From the IMG/VR virus record IMGVR_UViG_3300030906_000642, positions 1 to 58,056 of that record: a stretch of 58,056 nt of DNA. One strand, 5' to 3'. Shown here piece by piece: positions 16,269 to 25,731 of this stretch. The notes beneath the pieces are model-generated. The model searched no databases. It worked only from the letters and a program-made list of their open reading frames with translations, and was not told where the DNA came from. Made by a program: the position numbers and the translations under genes. Position 1 is the stretch's first letter. The number at the start of each line of letters is the position of its first letter. This DNA is from a virus. Its lineage: Duplodnaviria; Caudoviricetes.

Positions 16269-16822
16269 GCCTCCCCGATCCACGACCCTGGGTTCCGATT
16301 TCTCGGCCCCTCGACCTGAAGCATCTCGGCAAGCTGTCTGAAGAGCTGAGCGAGTGCATGGAAGCCGCAATGGCCTTCCTGGGCTGCCGCAGCGTCGGCG
16401 ACGACGCGCGGAACGGCAAGACTTTCAAGGTCTGGCTGGAGGATGAAATCGCCGACGTGGTTGCGAACATCAGCTTGGTCGAGCGGCATTTCGGCATGGT
16501 GGTTTCCTCGCATTCGGAAACCTGGGGCCGACCTCTGGCTCACGACGGGATGCTTGTCGGCCTGACCCGCCGGCTGGCGAAGGCCGGTCAGGCGACCGCG
16601 CGCTCGATCATCCAGGGCCTGGATGGCCGCGAGCCAACGACCGGGCTGCTGAACTTCGATTGGTTGGAGCAGCGGCTGCGCCGCTTGCCCGCGCCGATTT
16701 ATGCGGTGACCGAGGCTTACGGGCTGGACCGCGGGCGGATCAAGGTCCGCGCAGCGGCGAAGATGGCCCAGCTGCGCGTCTGGCACGCGATGCTGGCGGA
16801 AACCGATGGGGGGGGGCGGTGA
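16265..16822 (+). CDS. MazG-like (all-alpha NTP pyrophosphatase-like) protein
   Basis: KLSEELSEC...LEDEIADV acidic motif; the second half looks like a degenerate repeat. Confidence 0.55.
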   Translation: MSLPDPRPWVPISRPLDLKHLGKLSEELSECMEAAMAFLGCRSVGDDARNGKTFKVWLEDEIADVVANISLVERHFGMVVSSHSETWGRPLAHDGMLVGLTRRLAKAGQATARSIIQGLDGREPTTGLLNFDWLEQRLRRLPAPIYAVTEAYGLDRGRIKVRAAAKMAQLRVWHAMLAETDGGGR

Positions 16823-17052
16823 CGCTTTCAGCCGGCGGCAAGCCCATCAGCCAGATCGTCAACGAACTGGTGGAGATGGAATTCAAGGGCGACCTGATAG
16901 GCCTCGCCTGCGTGGCGGTCACCAAGGACGGTGACGCCCGCACACTGTTCGCCTTCGACGATGGCGGCAAGTTCGCCGTCTTCGCTGGAGTCGCGATGCT
17001 GCAGTCGTCGGTCATGGACGTTCTGCGCGGCAGCGAAGAGGTCGAGCCGTGA
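16819..17052 (+). CDS. Hypothetical phage protein
   Basis: GTGA coupling at both ends. Confidence 0.55.
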   Translation: MTLSAGGKPISQIVNELVEMEFKGDLIGLACVAVTKDGDARTLFAFDDGGKFAVFAGVAMLQSSVMDVLRGSEEVEP

Positions 17053-19607
17053 CCGCCTCGGACCCCTACACCCAGTTTCTGGAAGCCAAGGTCCGCATGG
17101 CGCCGTCGTCGGGGTTCGAGGTGCCGCTGTCGGAACTGCATCCGTCGCTGCTGGCCAAGGGGCATCAGGCGGCGTCGGTGCAGTGGGCGGCGCGGGGCGG
17201 CCGGCGGGCGATCTTCGCCGCCTTCGGCCTGGGCAAGACGCGCATGCAGATTGCGCTCCTCAACTGCATCAGGTCGCGGGTGGACGGGGCCTCGCTGCAG
17301 GTGATCCCGCTCGGCGTACGCGACGAGTTCATGCAGGAGGCGGAGGCCTTGGGCGTCTCGCTGAACTGGATCAGGTCCACCGACGAGGTGCGGGAGGACA
17401 TGATCAACCTAACCAATTACGAGCCGGTGCGGGACGGTGCGGTCGATCCGCGGCGTTTCAAATCGGCCTCGCTGGACGAGGCGTCGGTGCTGCGCTCGTT
17501 CGGGTCCAAGACCTATCAGACCTTCCTGCCGCTGTTCGCCGAGACGCCGTTTAGGTTCGTGGCCACGGCGACGCCGTCGCCCAACCGCTTCAAGGAGCTG
17601 ATCCACTACGCCGGCTATCTGGGCGTCATGGATACCGGGCAGGCGCTGACGCGGTTCTTTCAGCGCAACCCGAAGAAGGCCGGCGACCTGACCCTCTATC
17701 CGCACAAGGAGGAGGAGTTCTGGCTGTGGGTTTCATCCTGGGCGCTGTTCATCCAGCGGCCGTCCGACCTGGGCTTCTCGGACGAGGGCTATGACATGCC
17801 GCCGCTGGACGTGCGCTGGCACGAGGTTCCCGCCAGCGCGGCGGCGATGGACCATGTGGAGTCGGACGGACAGCGGTCGCTGATCCCGGAAATGGCGCAG
17901 GGGCTGGTCGAGGCGTCGGCGGAGAAGCGGGCGTCGATCCCGGCGCGGGTGGCCAAGGTGGTTGACCTGGTGGCGCGCGAACCCGGTTCGCACCGGATCA
18001 TCTGGCACGACCTGGAGGATGAGCGGAAGGCGCTGGAGGCGGCGTTTCCGGGCGCGGTGAGTGTCTATGGCACGCAAGAGCTTGAGGCGCGGGAAGAGGC
18101 GATCCGGGGCTTTTCACAAGGCTGGTTCGACACCCTGTCGACCAAGCCGGTGCTGTGCGGCTCCGGCTGCAATTTCCAGAAGCATTGCCACTGGGAAATC
18201 TTCGCCGGGGTGGGGTTCAAGTTCAACGACTTCATCCAGGCCATCTATCGGGTGCAGCGGTTTGGCCAAAAGCATCCCGTGCGGATCGACATCATCCATA
18301 CCGAGGCGGAGCGGGAGACGGTCCGCATCCTGAAGGACAAGTGGGCGCGGGACACCGAGCTGCGAGGGCGGATGAGCGCCATCATCCGCCAGTATGGGCT
18401 GAACCAGCTGGCCATGGCCGAGGTGCTGACCCGGTCCATGGGGGTGGAGCGGATGGAGGCCAGCGGCCCCTCTAGCAAAGAATGGGTCTGGAAGGTGGCG
18501 CTAAACGATTGCGTGCTCGAGGCTCAAGGGATGGACGAGGCGAGCATCGACCAGGTGGTCACCTCCATCCCGTTTTCGAACCACTATGAGTACACGCCGA
18601 AGTACGAGGATTTTGGGCACACCGAGAGCGACGATCACTTCTTCGCCCAGATGGATCACCTGACGCCGCAGTTGCTGCGGGTGCTGAAGCCCGGCCGGGT
18701 GGCCTGCATCCACGTCAAGGACAGGATCCTGTTCGGATCGGTGACCGGGCAGGGGGTGCCGACGGTGAACCCCTTCCACGCCAAATGCATCTTTCACTAC
18801 CTCGGCCACGGCTTTCAGTACCTGGGCATGCACGAGGTGCTGACCGACGTCGTGCGGGAGAACAATCAGACCTACCGCCTCGGCTATACCGAGATGTGCA
18901 AGGACGCGACCAAGATGGGCTGCGGCTCGTCGGAGTTCGTGTTGCTGATGCGGAAGCCGCAGTCGGATCGGAGCCGCGGCTATGCCGACATGCCGGTGGA
19001 GCGTCAGAAGGCCGACTACAGCCTGGCGCGCTGGCAGACCGACGCTCATGCGTTTTGGCGCTCCAGCGGCGATCGCCTGATCACGCCGGAGGAGGCGCAG
19101 GCGCTGGTGACCGGCGGCGAGGGCGGCATGGCCCGGCTGATGGCGCTCTGGTCCGAAGCGAGCCTTAGGACCGTCTACAGCTACGAGCACCACATCAAGA
19201 TCGGCGAGGCGCTGGAGCTGCTGGGCAAGCTGCCGGCGACCTTCATGGCGCTGGCGCCCACCAGCTGGTCGGACAGGGTCTGGCATGACGTCAACCGGCT
19301 GAAGACGCTGAATACGGCGCAGGCGTCGGCCGGGAAAGAGAAGCACATCTGCCCGCTGCAGTTCGACATCGTCGACCGGCTGATCCAGCGGTACTCGAAC
19401 CCGGGCGAGCTGGTGTTCGATCCGTTCTGCGGCCTGGGCACGGTGCCGCTGAGGGCCATGAAGCTGGGGCGGCGCGGCTGCGGCTCGGAGCTGAACGGCG
19501 ACTATTGGCGCGACAGCGCGAACTATCTGCGGGCGGCCGAAGACGAGGTCCAGGCGCCGACGCTGTTCGACCTGATAGCGGGCGAAGTGGAAGGGGCGGC
19601 GGCGTGA
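17049..19607 (+). CDS. SF2 helicase-like domain fused to an amino (N4C/N6A) DNA methyltransferase
   Basis: GLGKT, LDEAS, TATPSPN and QAIYRVQRFGQ (SF2); TSIPF motif IV variant precedes DPFCGLGT motif I (beta-class order). Confidence 0.9.
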   Translation: MTASDPYTQFLEAKVRMAPSSGFEVPLSELHPSLLAKGHQAASVQWAARGGRRAIFAAFGLGKTRMQIALLNCIRSRVDGASLQVIPLGVRDEFMQEAEALGVSLNWIRSTDEVREDMINLTNYEPVRDGAVDPRRFKSASLDEASVLRSFGSKTYQTFLPLFAETPFRFVATATPSPNRFKELIHYAGYLGVMDTGQALTRFFQRNPKKAGDLTLYPHKEEEFWLWVSSWALFIQRPSDLGFSDEGYDMPPLDVRWHEVPASAAAMDHVESDGQRSLIPEMAQGLVEASAEKRASIPARVAKVVDLVAREPGSHRIIWHDLEDERKALEAAFPGAVSVYGTQELEAREEAIRGFSQGWFDTLSTKPVLCGSGCNFQKHCHWEIFAGVGFKFNDFIQAIYRVQRFGQKHPVRIDIIHTEAERETVRILKDKWARDTELRGRMSAIIRQYGLNQLAMAEVLTRSMGVERMEASGPSSKEWVWKVALNDCVLEAQGMDEASIDQVVTSIPFSNHYEYTPKYEDFGHTESDDHFFAQMDHLTPQLLRVLKPGRVACIHVKDRILFGSVTGQGVPTVNPFHAKCIFHYLGHGFQYLGMHEVLTDVVRENNQTYRLGYTEMCKDATKMGCGSSEFVLLMRKPQSDRSRGYADMPVERQKADYSLARWQTDAHAFWRSSGDRLITPEEAQALVTGGEGGMARLMALWSEASLRTVYSYEHHIKIGEALELLGKLPATFMALAPTSWSDRVWHDVNRLKTLNTAQASAGKEKHICPLQFDIVDRLIQRYSNPGELVFDPFCGLGTVPLRAMKLGRRGCGSELNGDYWRDSANYLRAAEDEVQAPTLFDLIAGEVEGAAA
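17977..17991. repeat. 15-bp palindrome copy 4, inside the helicase-MTase gene
   Basis: GCGAACCCGGTTCGC, exact; read as EPGS. Confidence 0.9.
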
Positions 19608-19915
19608 TGGATGGAAATCCAGGCGGACCGTGGGTTCCAGCAGCGGCGGCCGCGCCCTTTGAGAGTATGTGGCTGACGCCACTGGTGATGGGCCGAGGGC
19701 GCCGCCTCCACCGCTGGCGCGCAGACGGCGAAGCCTTGCGGTCGGACTGTGGCCGCGTCGGCCTCTTCATCTACCGGGACCCGCTTGGGCTCGTGGCGTT
19801 CTCGCCGAGCGGCTTCGATGTCCCTTGTGCGCACTGTCAGCGACACGCGCCAGACGAGCGGCCGCGCATGCTGCATGGCGCGCGTTTCGCCCTCACTGAG
19901 GCGCACAAATCATGA
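19604..19915 (+). CDS. Hypothetical phage protein (Cys/His-containing)
   Basis: GTGA/ATGA coupling; H..SDCG..CAHC. Confidence 0.5.
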   Translation: MMDGNPGGPWVPAAAAAPFESMWLTPLVMGRGRRLHRWRADGEALRSDCGRVGLFIYRDPLGLVAFSPSGFDVPCAHCQRHAPDERPRMLHGARFALTEAHKS

Positions 19916-20190
19916 GCGCCGCAGGCGATCCCATCGCGCGGGCCAGGGCGCTTGCCTTCGTCGAAGGCCTGACGCTGTCCGCGCCGGTCAAGCGGCTGCT
20001 GACGCCTGGGGACACGCATCGCGCGGATATCGTTGCGGTGCTGGCTGACGCCCTGGAGATCAGCCTTGCTGGCCGGCAGACGCTTGGCATTTCGCCCGAG
20101 GACTGCGAGGGCGCTGCGGCCAAGATCCTGGATAGGCTGCTGGCCTACACCGTCGCCTTGGCCTTCGACATTGAGGCGGGGCGAGCGTGA
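19912..20190 (+). CDS. Hypothetical phage protein
   Basis: Coupled at both ends. Confidence 0.55.
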   Translation: MSAAGDPIARARALAFVEGLTLSAPVKRLLTPGDTHRADIVAVLADALEISLAGRQTLGISPEDCEGAAAKILDRLLAYTVALAFDIEAGRA

Positions 20191-20342
20191 CCGCTGTGCG
20201 TTCCATCCGGGGGGGGCTCGACCAGCTGCGGGCGTGGCTGGAGTTCCTTGCCCAATACGCCATCGACTGGCTCGACGACCTCGACGCCGGCGCGGAAGAC
20301 CGCGAGGACGATGAGGCCGAAGTCGTCTGCGAGGACGACTAG
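20187..20342 (+). CDS. Small acidic protein (51 aa, not in the ORF track)
   Basis: GTG overlapping the previous stop; MTAVRSIRGGLDQLRAWLEFLAQYAIDWLDDLDAGAEDREDDEAEVVCEDD; its stop abuts the primase ATG. Confidence 0.6.
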   Translation: MTAVRSIRGGLDQLRAWLEFLAQYAIDWLDDLDAGAEDREDDEAEVVCEDD

Positions 20343-21503
20343 ATGAGCGACCTGTTCGAGCGGGCCAAACGGGCGGTGAAGATCGAGGATATCGCCGCGC
20401 GCGTGACCAAGCTGCGGGGCGTCGGTAACGATCGCCGGGGCGCCTGCCCCCTGTGCGGCAAGGGCAAGGATTCTGGCGCCTTCAGCGTGCTGGTCGCCAA
20501 GCAGTCCTTCGCCTGCTTCGTCTGCGGCGAGCATGGCGACGTGATCGAGTTGTATCGTCTGCTGAAGCGGCTGACCCCCTATGAGGCGGCGCTGGAGCTG
20601 GCCGGCCCGGACGTCGGCGAGGTCAAGGCGCGGGTTGAGCCGCAGGCGCGTGCGATGGCCGGTCCGGACGCCAGCGTGGCGCGCAAGCTGGCGCGGGCGG
20701 CGGAGACATGGTCGCGGGCAAGGCCGTTCGCCGGGTCGCTCGCGCAGACCTATCTGCTGGCGCGGGGGATCGATCCCGAGGTGGTGGCGGCCGTGGACGG
20801 CCTGCGGTTCCATCCGGATGCGCAGCATTCGTGGCGCGAGGCGGACCGCCGCTGGATTGCGGCGCCGGCGATGGTGGCCCAGGCGATGACGCCGGGGGGT
20901 TGGACCGGCGGCGTGCACGCCACCTTCCTCGCGGCCGACGGCTTGGCCAAGGCGGCATTCGAAAAGCCCAAGCTGATGATCGGCCCGCAGATGATGGAGA
21001 CGCCGCTGGGCGTGGTTCGGGGCGGGGCGATGCTGATCGCCGGCGATGCGGACCTGGACCTGGTTGTGGCCGAGGGGATCGAGACGGCGCTGTCGCTGGC
21101 GTCCTGGCTGAAGGCCTGCGGGCGCTGGCCGCTGAAGGTCTGCGCGGCGCTGTCGCTGAACCGGCTGATGGGCGGGGTGCTGAGGGACAAGGAGGGCCGG
21201 ATCGACGTGTGGAAGCCCGCACCCGATCCGGAGCGCCCGGCCTTTACCTGGCCGGCCTACGGCGAGGGGCGGCGATGCTGGATCGGCATCGACCGCGACA
21301 TGAGTGCGTTGCCGGTCAAGGGCCGCAACGGGCGTGGCAAGCCGGTCGAGATCATCCTCGACGGTGAGGCGAGGGCGCTGCTGAGCGCCAAGATGGCCAA
21401 GGCGGCCTGGAAGTCCGCCGGCTGGGATCGAGTGACGCCGATGTTCCCCTTGGCCGGCGACGACTGGAACGATGCAATCCGTAGGTTGGGGCGAGCGGCG
21501 TAA
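20343..21503 (+). CDS. DNA primase (zinc finger + TOPRIM-like)
   Basis: CPLC...FACFVCGEHGDVI zinc finger; YLLARGI; VAEGIETALS; GIDRD; DDWND. Confidence 0.88.
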   Translation: MSDLFERAKRAVKIEDIAARVTKLRGVGNDRRGACPLCGKGKDSGAFSVLVAKQSFACFVCGEHGDVIELYRLLKRLTPYEAALELAGPDVGEVKARVEPQARAMAGPDASVARKLARAAETWSRARPFAGSLAQTYLLARGIDPEVVAAVDGLRFHPDAQHSWREADRRWIAAPAMVAQAMTPGGWTGGVHATFLAADGLAKAAFEKPKLMIGPQMMETPLGVVRGGAMLIAGDADLDLVVAEGIETALSLASWLKACGRWPLKVCAALSLNRLMGGVLRDKEGRIDVWKPAPDPERPAFTWPAYGEGRRCWIGIDRDMSALPVKGRNGRGKPVEIILDGEARALLSAKMAKAAWKSAGWDRVTPMFPLAGDDWNDAIRRLGRAA

Positions 21504-23345
21504 GTGCAGTTGGAACCGCGTGACATCGACGATGGCGAGGATGTGGACGAGCGCAAGCTCGGCGTGTTCCCGAATCCGCCGCTGGAAGAATGCCCGGTGC
21601 TGCTGCTGGGGTTCGACGGCGCGAAGGTGATCTTCGCCATGCCGGAGGGCGAAATCCGCGAGGAGGCGTCGGCGAAGATCAGCCAGCTGATCAAGGTCGA
21701 TATCTTCAACTGCCAGGCGGGGCAGGCCTTCCTGACTTATTGGCGCGACAGCGACGACAAGTTCGCCCGCGACCTGGCTACGACCTGGTTCATCCGCAAC
21801 TGCCGGACGGCCGGGAAGTGGGATCGCTCGCGCCCGCAACGGGGGTTGGGCGTCTGGCCCGGCGCGCCGGGCGAGGTGGTGCTGCATCGCGGCCACGAGG
21901 TCTGGGTCTATCCGCGCGACACCGGCTTTGGCGCGCCTGCTGGCGAGATCGAGGTCCGTTCGGTGTTCGAGATGCTGCGCGCGGGTCGCGGGCCGATCTA
22001 TCGGCTGTTGGCGTCGGCTCCCGCACCCTCGGATGCAGCGCTGGGCCCGTCCGGCGTGTGGGTGCGCGAGCAGCTGGATTTGTGGCGGTTCGAGGCGATA
22101 GGTGACGACGGATTGACCGGCGCGGACCTGTTGTTCGGCTGGATCATGCTGGCGCTGCTGGGGGGCGTCGCGCCATTCAGGCCGCATTTCCTGATCTATG
22201 GCATGCCGGGATCGGGCAAGACGACGCTGATGATCTTCGTCCACGCCCTGTTGTCGGCCCTGGCCGGCGACCTGATGGACAGTTTCTCGCCCGCCGGCTT
22301 CCGCAACGATCTGGCCGGGCAGGCGAGGCCGCTGGTGCTGGATGAGGCCGAAGGGTCGAGCAACAGCAACGGCCCCGGGATGATCGAACAGGCGCTGGAA
22401 ACGCTGCGGCGGATGACCACCGGCGACGGCGGCATGCGCAAGCAGGGCGATATCGGCGGGGCGACCGTCTCGCAGACCGCCGTCGGGGCGGTGATCATGG
22501 GGGCAGTCAATCCGGTGAAGCTCGGCCCGGCCGACGCCACCCGGTTCGCCGAGGTGCGGATGCTGCCGCTGACCACGCCGTCCGCCAGTGGGCGTATCGC
22601 CACCGACGCGGAGGTGAAGGCGGCGATCGCCGCGGCCAAGGATCTCGCGCCGGCCTTGTTGGGGCGGGCGCTGTCGGGAGTCGGGCGATATCTGGCCGAT
22701 GTGACCCTGATCAAGGCGGCATTGATCAAGACCGGCTCCGATCCGCGCGGGGCGGACCTTCCGGCGGCCCTGGCCGCTGGGCGAAGGCTGATGCTTTACG
22801 ACGCGCCGCTCGATGAAGGCGGCGCGACGGAAGAGGCGGAGTTCTGGCGCGGGATGATGGCCCAGCGCGAAGGCGCGTCCCTGGTGCAGAACCCGGGCGA
22901 GCAGTGTCTGGCCCATCTGTTTTCCTGGCCTTCGGGCCAGCATAGCCATGACCGGGTGCTGTCGATCGGCCAGCTGGTGCAGCGATGCGGCAGGGCGCGG
23001 ATCAATGGCGGCGAGGCCAGCGACTATGATGAGACCCTGGCCGAGCATGGGGTGAAGGTGCTCGGGGTTCCGGCGGCGAACGGCGAGCGCGAGCCGTGGC
23101 TGCTGGTGGCCAACCATCATCCGATGCTGGACCGCGTTTTCGAGCGGACGGCCTGGCGGGACTGGCGGCGGACGCTATCTTACCTCGACGCCCTCGGCGA
23201 GGCCTTCGCGCCACGGCCGTCCCGCAATTCCGAGCGCTTTGGCATGACCAAGCAGCGCGCGACCTGCATCCCCCTGGCCCCCTGGTTGGAACAGAACCGA
23301 TCGGTGCGTTCCGGTGAGCGTTCCGGCGAGGGCTTTGATGATTAA
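21504..23345 (+). CDS. P-loop ATPase, probable replicative helicase/initiator partner of the primase
   Basis: Walker A GMPGSGKTT, Walker B LVLDEAE; directly follows the primase and precedes the iteron array. Confidence 0.75.
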   Translation: MQLEPRDIDDGEDVDERKLGVFPNPPLEECPVLLLGFDGAKVIFAMPEGEIREEASAKISQLIKVDIFNCQAGQAFLTYWRDSDDKFARDLATTWFIRNCRTAGKWDRSRPQRGLGVWPGAPGEVVLHRGHEVWVYPRDTGFGAPAGEIEVRSVFEMLRAGRGPIYRLLASAPAPSDAALGPSGVWVREQLDLWRFEAIGDDGLTGADLLFGWIMLALLGGVAPFRPHFLIYGMPGSGKTTLMIFVHALLSALAGDLMDSFSPAGFRNDLAGQARPLVLDEAEGSSNSNGPGMIEQALETLRRMTTGDGGMRKQGDIGGATVSQTAVGAVIMGAVNPVKLGPADATRFAEVRMLPLTTPSASGRIATDAEVKAAIAAAKDLAPALLGRALSGVGRYLADVTLIKAALIKTGSDPRGADLPAALAAGRRLMLYDAPLDEGGATEEAEFWRGMMAQREGASLVQNPGEQCLAHLFSWPSGQHSHDRVLSIGQLVQRCGRARINGGEASDYDETLAEHGVKVLGVPAANGEREPWLLVANHHPMLDRVFERTAWRDWRRTLSYLDALGEAFAPRPSRNSERFGMTKQRATCIPLAPWLEQNRSVRSGERSGEGFDD

Positions 23346-23540
23346 GCGCTTTTGCCAGTTTGGAACGCTGGAACGCTTGGAACGCGATTTCGGCCTCAGG
23401 TGTGGGTGCGTGCGAGCGTGCGCGTACGAGGGGCGAAATGTGCGTTCCAGCGTTCCAAGCGTTCCACTCTCTATTTTTCTTATAGTTTTCAAAAAGATAA
23501 CTGGAACAAAAAGTGGAACAGGCTGGAACGGTCCGTTCCA
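23286..23540. promoter_or_regulatory. Probable replication origin (iteron array + AT-rich tract)
   Basis: TGGAACGC x3 (23361, 23369, 23378), inverted GCGTTCCA x3 (23442, 23450, 23459), AT-rich tract 23467..23501, further TGGAAC x3 and GTTCCA to 23540. Confidence 0.7.
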
Positions 23541-23569
23541 CGGCCTGGGTCCGGCTCTGGGGGTGGGTG

Positions 23570-24706
23570 ATGGGCAAGGCTAAGGGCAAATCCGGCAAGT
23601 CGGCCACGGCGACGAAGGCCTCTCCGTTCGCCATGGCCAAGGCTCTGGCTGGCGGCGCGCTGGTGGAGCATCTGGCGGCGAACGCCGATGAGCTGGGTCT
23701 GGGGCTGGCCGACAGGACGCGGGTTCGCCAGTGTCTGGCGGTCTGGCGGGTCAGCCATGCCTGCACGGTCTATCAGACCGGCGGCTTTGAGCTGGATCGC
23801 CCGGACATGGACCGGGCCTGCGACGTGAAGCGGGTGGTCGAGCGGGCGGTGTTCATCCGCGATCGCCTTGCCGCGCCGGTGAAGCGCGGCGTCCGCTGCA
23901 AGGTCGCGGCGCCCTATCGGATCGAGATGGACCTGCCGAAGGGCGAGAGCCTGGTGGTGCACATGGCGCTGAACGCCAACGCCATGGGGCTGGACGATGA
24001 TCAGTTCGGTCGGCTGAGCGAGGCCTACCGGCTGTGGGGCGATGACGATGATCGCCGCTCGGTGATGCAGCGCGGTGAGGATCGGGCGGCGGCGATGGGG
24101 ATCGCGCGGGCTGTGCTGGACGCGCTGGGCGGGCAGATCGGCGAGACGATCGCGCTGGAGACGGCGCGGTCCGGCGGCGCGGCGAAGGTCGAGCGGATGT
24201 CGGGAGGGCGCACGCGGCTTGGGTCTCGCGATGGCTTGATGGCGCTGTATGACGCTGGGGTGCTGACCGGGTTGTCCGAGGCGGATCGGGCAGCGGGCGC
24301 GGTGCGGAGCCTGGACGCCTGGACGCGGGCCAAGGTGCGGATGTCGGCGGCCCTGGCCTATCGGGAGCACTACGAGATGCTGGCCGGTGACCTGCGCTCG
24401 AACATGGCCAGCCTGGGGAGCGCTGGCGGCGGCGGTGGCGCGGGTAGTGACCGGGCGGCGAACGCGCACGCGAAGGCGTCGCGGCTGGTGAGTGAGATCG
24501 ACAGCCTGGTGCTGCAATCGGCGCGCTCGCCCAAGGCCTTGCTGGCCTTGCGGGCTGTCGCCGGCGAAGGCCAGACGGTGCGTAGCCTGACGTCGGGCGG
24601 CCGCAATGCGGAGCTGATCACCAAGCAGTTGATCGCCGCGCTGGATGTCGCCGCGCCAGTGTTGAAAATACTTGGTCACGCCGTCTTGACAGGCGTACCC
24701 AAATAA
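23570..24706 (+). CDS. Probable late-gene regulator (Q-position protein)
   Basis: Last early gene before a promoter-terminator unit and HNH/terminase; C-terminal LRAVAGEGQTVRSL HTH-like segment; function is inferred from position. Confidence 0.5.
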   Translation: MGKAKGKSGKSATATKASPFAMAKALAGGALVEHLAANADELGLGLADRTRVRQCLAVWRVSHACTVYQTGGFELDRPDMDRACDVKRVVERAVFIRDRLAAPVKRGVRCKVAAPYRIEMDLPKGESLVVHMALNANAMGLDDDQFGRLSEAYRLWGDDDDRRSVMQRGEDRAAAMGIARAVLDALGGQIGETIALETARSGGAAKVERMSGGRTRLGSRDGLMALYDAGVLTGLSEADRAAGAVRSLDAWTRAKVRMSAALAYREHYEMLAGDLRSNMASLGSAGGGGGAGSDRAANAHAKASRLVSEIDSLVLQSARSPKALLALRAVAGEGQTVRSLTSGGRNAELITKQLIAALDVAAPVLKILGHAVLTGVPK

Positions 24707-24770
24707 CGACATCCAAACGTCATCGCAACAAATGCGACCTGAAGCCGCCGCGGACCCCGCTGGCGGCTTT
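24686..24770 (+). promoter_or_regulatory. Late promoter with immediate downstream terminator-like hairpin (PR'/tR'-like)
   Basis: TTGACA at 24686..24691; hairpin aagccgccgcgg-accc-cgctggcggcttt at 24742..24770. Confidence 0.6.
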
Positions 24771-24791
24771 GTCGTACCCGGACGGTCCCCC

Positions 24792-25118
24792 ATGAAGCTG
24801 GCGACCGTCGGGCTGCGGATCGCCTGCTTCGACGGCCGCCGCGTCAAGCCGCCGCCCAAGACCGCCGCCTCGATCTACCACACGCCCGAATACAGGGCGT
24901 GGCGCGAGACGGTGATCTCCCGCGCCGGCGGTCGCTGTGAAGCCCTCGACAACGGCAAGCGCTGCTGGAAGGGCGCCCGCCATGGCCATCGCGTCTTCGC
25001 CGATCACAAGCAGGAGCTGCGCGACGGCGGCGCGCCCTTCGACCCCGCCAACGGCGAATGCCTCTGCGGCTCGCACCACTCGCTGAAGACCGCCGCCTCC
25101 CGCGCCGAGAGGCGCTGA
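24792..25118 (+). CDS. HNH endonuclease (terminase-associated, HK97 gp74-like)
   Basis: ADHKQELRDGGAPFDPANGECLCGSHHSLKT; lies upstream of terS. Confidence 0.88.
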   Translation: MKLATVGLRIACFDGRRVKPPPKTAASIYHTPEYRAWRETVISRAGGRCEALDNGKRCWKGARHGHRVFADHKQELRDGGAPFDPANGECLCGSHHSLKTAASRAERR

Positions 25119-25215
25119 CCCCACCGTCGAGGCCCTCCGACCCCCAGGGGGTTTCGACTGAACCCCAATCCCGCCCCAGCAACCGCGTTGGTTCCCATTC
25201 AGAGATTTTTTTCTG
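25119..25215. other. Probable cos/packaging-site region
   Basis: Non-coding gap between HNH and terS, the usual cos position in HK97-like phages; contains cccccaggggg and caaccgcgttg symmetry. Confidence 0.5.
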
Positions 25216-25731
25216 ATGACCGAGAATTCCGAACCGACGGATCTCTTCGGCGAACCTATGCGGCAATTGCCGGACAGGCGGGGTCGGCGGAAACTGCGGT
25301 TTCCTCAGGAAGTCTATGAAAGGGTTGAGTTTCTAGCGGCCATTCCGACGTCGCAGGAAGACATCGCCATCATCATCGGCGTCAGCGTCCCGTCTCTGCG
25401 GAAATATTTTCGACCGGAGTTGAGTGGGACCAGATCGCTCTCGACGGAGCGGGCGGGGGCGCTGGTCATGCTCCGCGATGCGGCGGCCAAGGGAAACGTC
25501 TCGGCGATCAAGGCGCTGCTGGCTGAGATCGACAAGCGCGAGGCGTCGGCCAATTTTCGACGTCCGGATCGTCCAGCCGAAACGTCGCGCCCCGAGGCGC
25601 CCGGCAAGAAGGCGGTCGCCCGCGCCGACGCCGCGGCGGTCATCGCCGCCGATGACAAGTTCGCCCCACGAGGCGCCGTCCGACTCGCCACGGCCAACGG
25701 TGAGGCGGTGGCCTCCGCCCCCGCCGACTGA
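25216..25731 (+). CDS. terS: Terminase small subunit
   Basis: HTH (QEDIAIIIGVSVPSLRKYF), AAKGNVSAIK; 1-bp overlap with terL. Confidence 0.8.
   Translation: MTENSEPTDLFGEPMRQLPDRRGRRKLRFPQEVYERVEFLAAIPTSQEDIAIIIGVSVPSLRKYFRPELSGTRSLSTERAGALVMLRDAAAKGNVSAIKALLAEIDKREASANFRRPDRPAETSRPEAPGKKAVARADAAAVIAADDKFAPRGAVRLATANGEAVASAPAD

Noticed and set aside
16808-16816. G9 tract (and G8 at 20209..20216) as phase-variation switches
   Set aside because: Short, in-frame Gly codons in a GC-rich genome; nothing in one sequence shows variability.
20145-23120. 991-aa minus-strand ORF and other long antisense ORFs (1133..2692, 5757..7742, 7926..10220, 27862..29691)
   Set aside because: Shadow frames of high-GC genes that have clear motifs on the other strand; they show no RBS or domain evidence.
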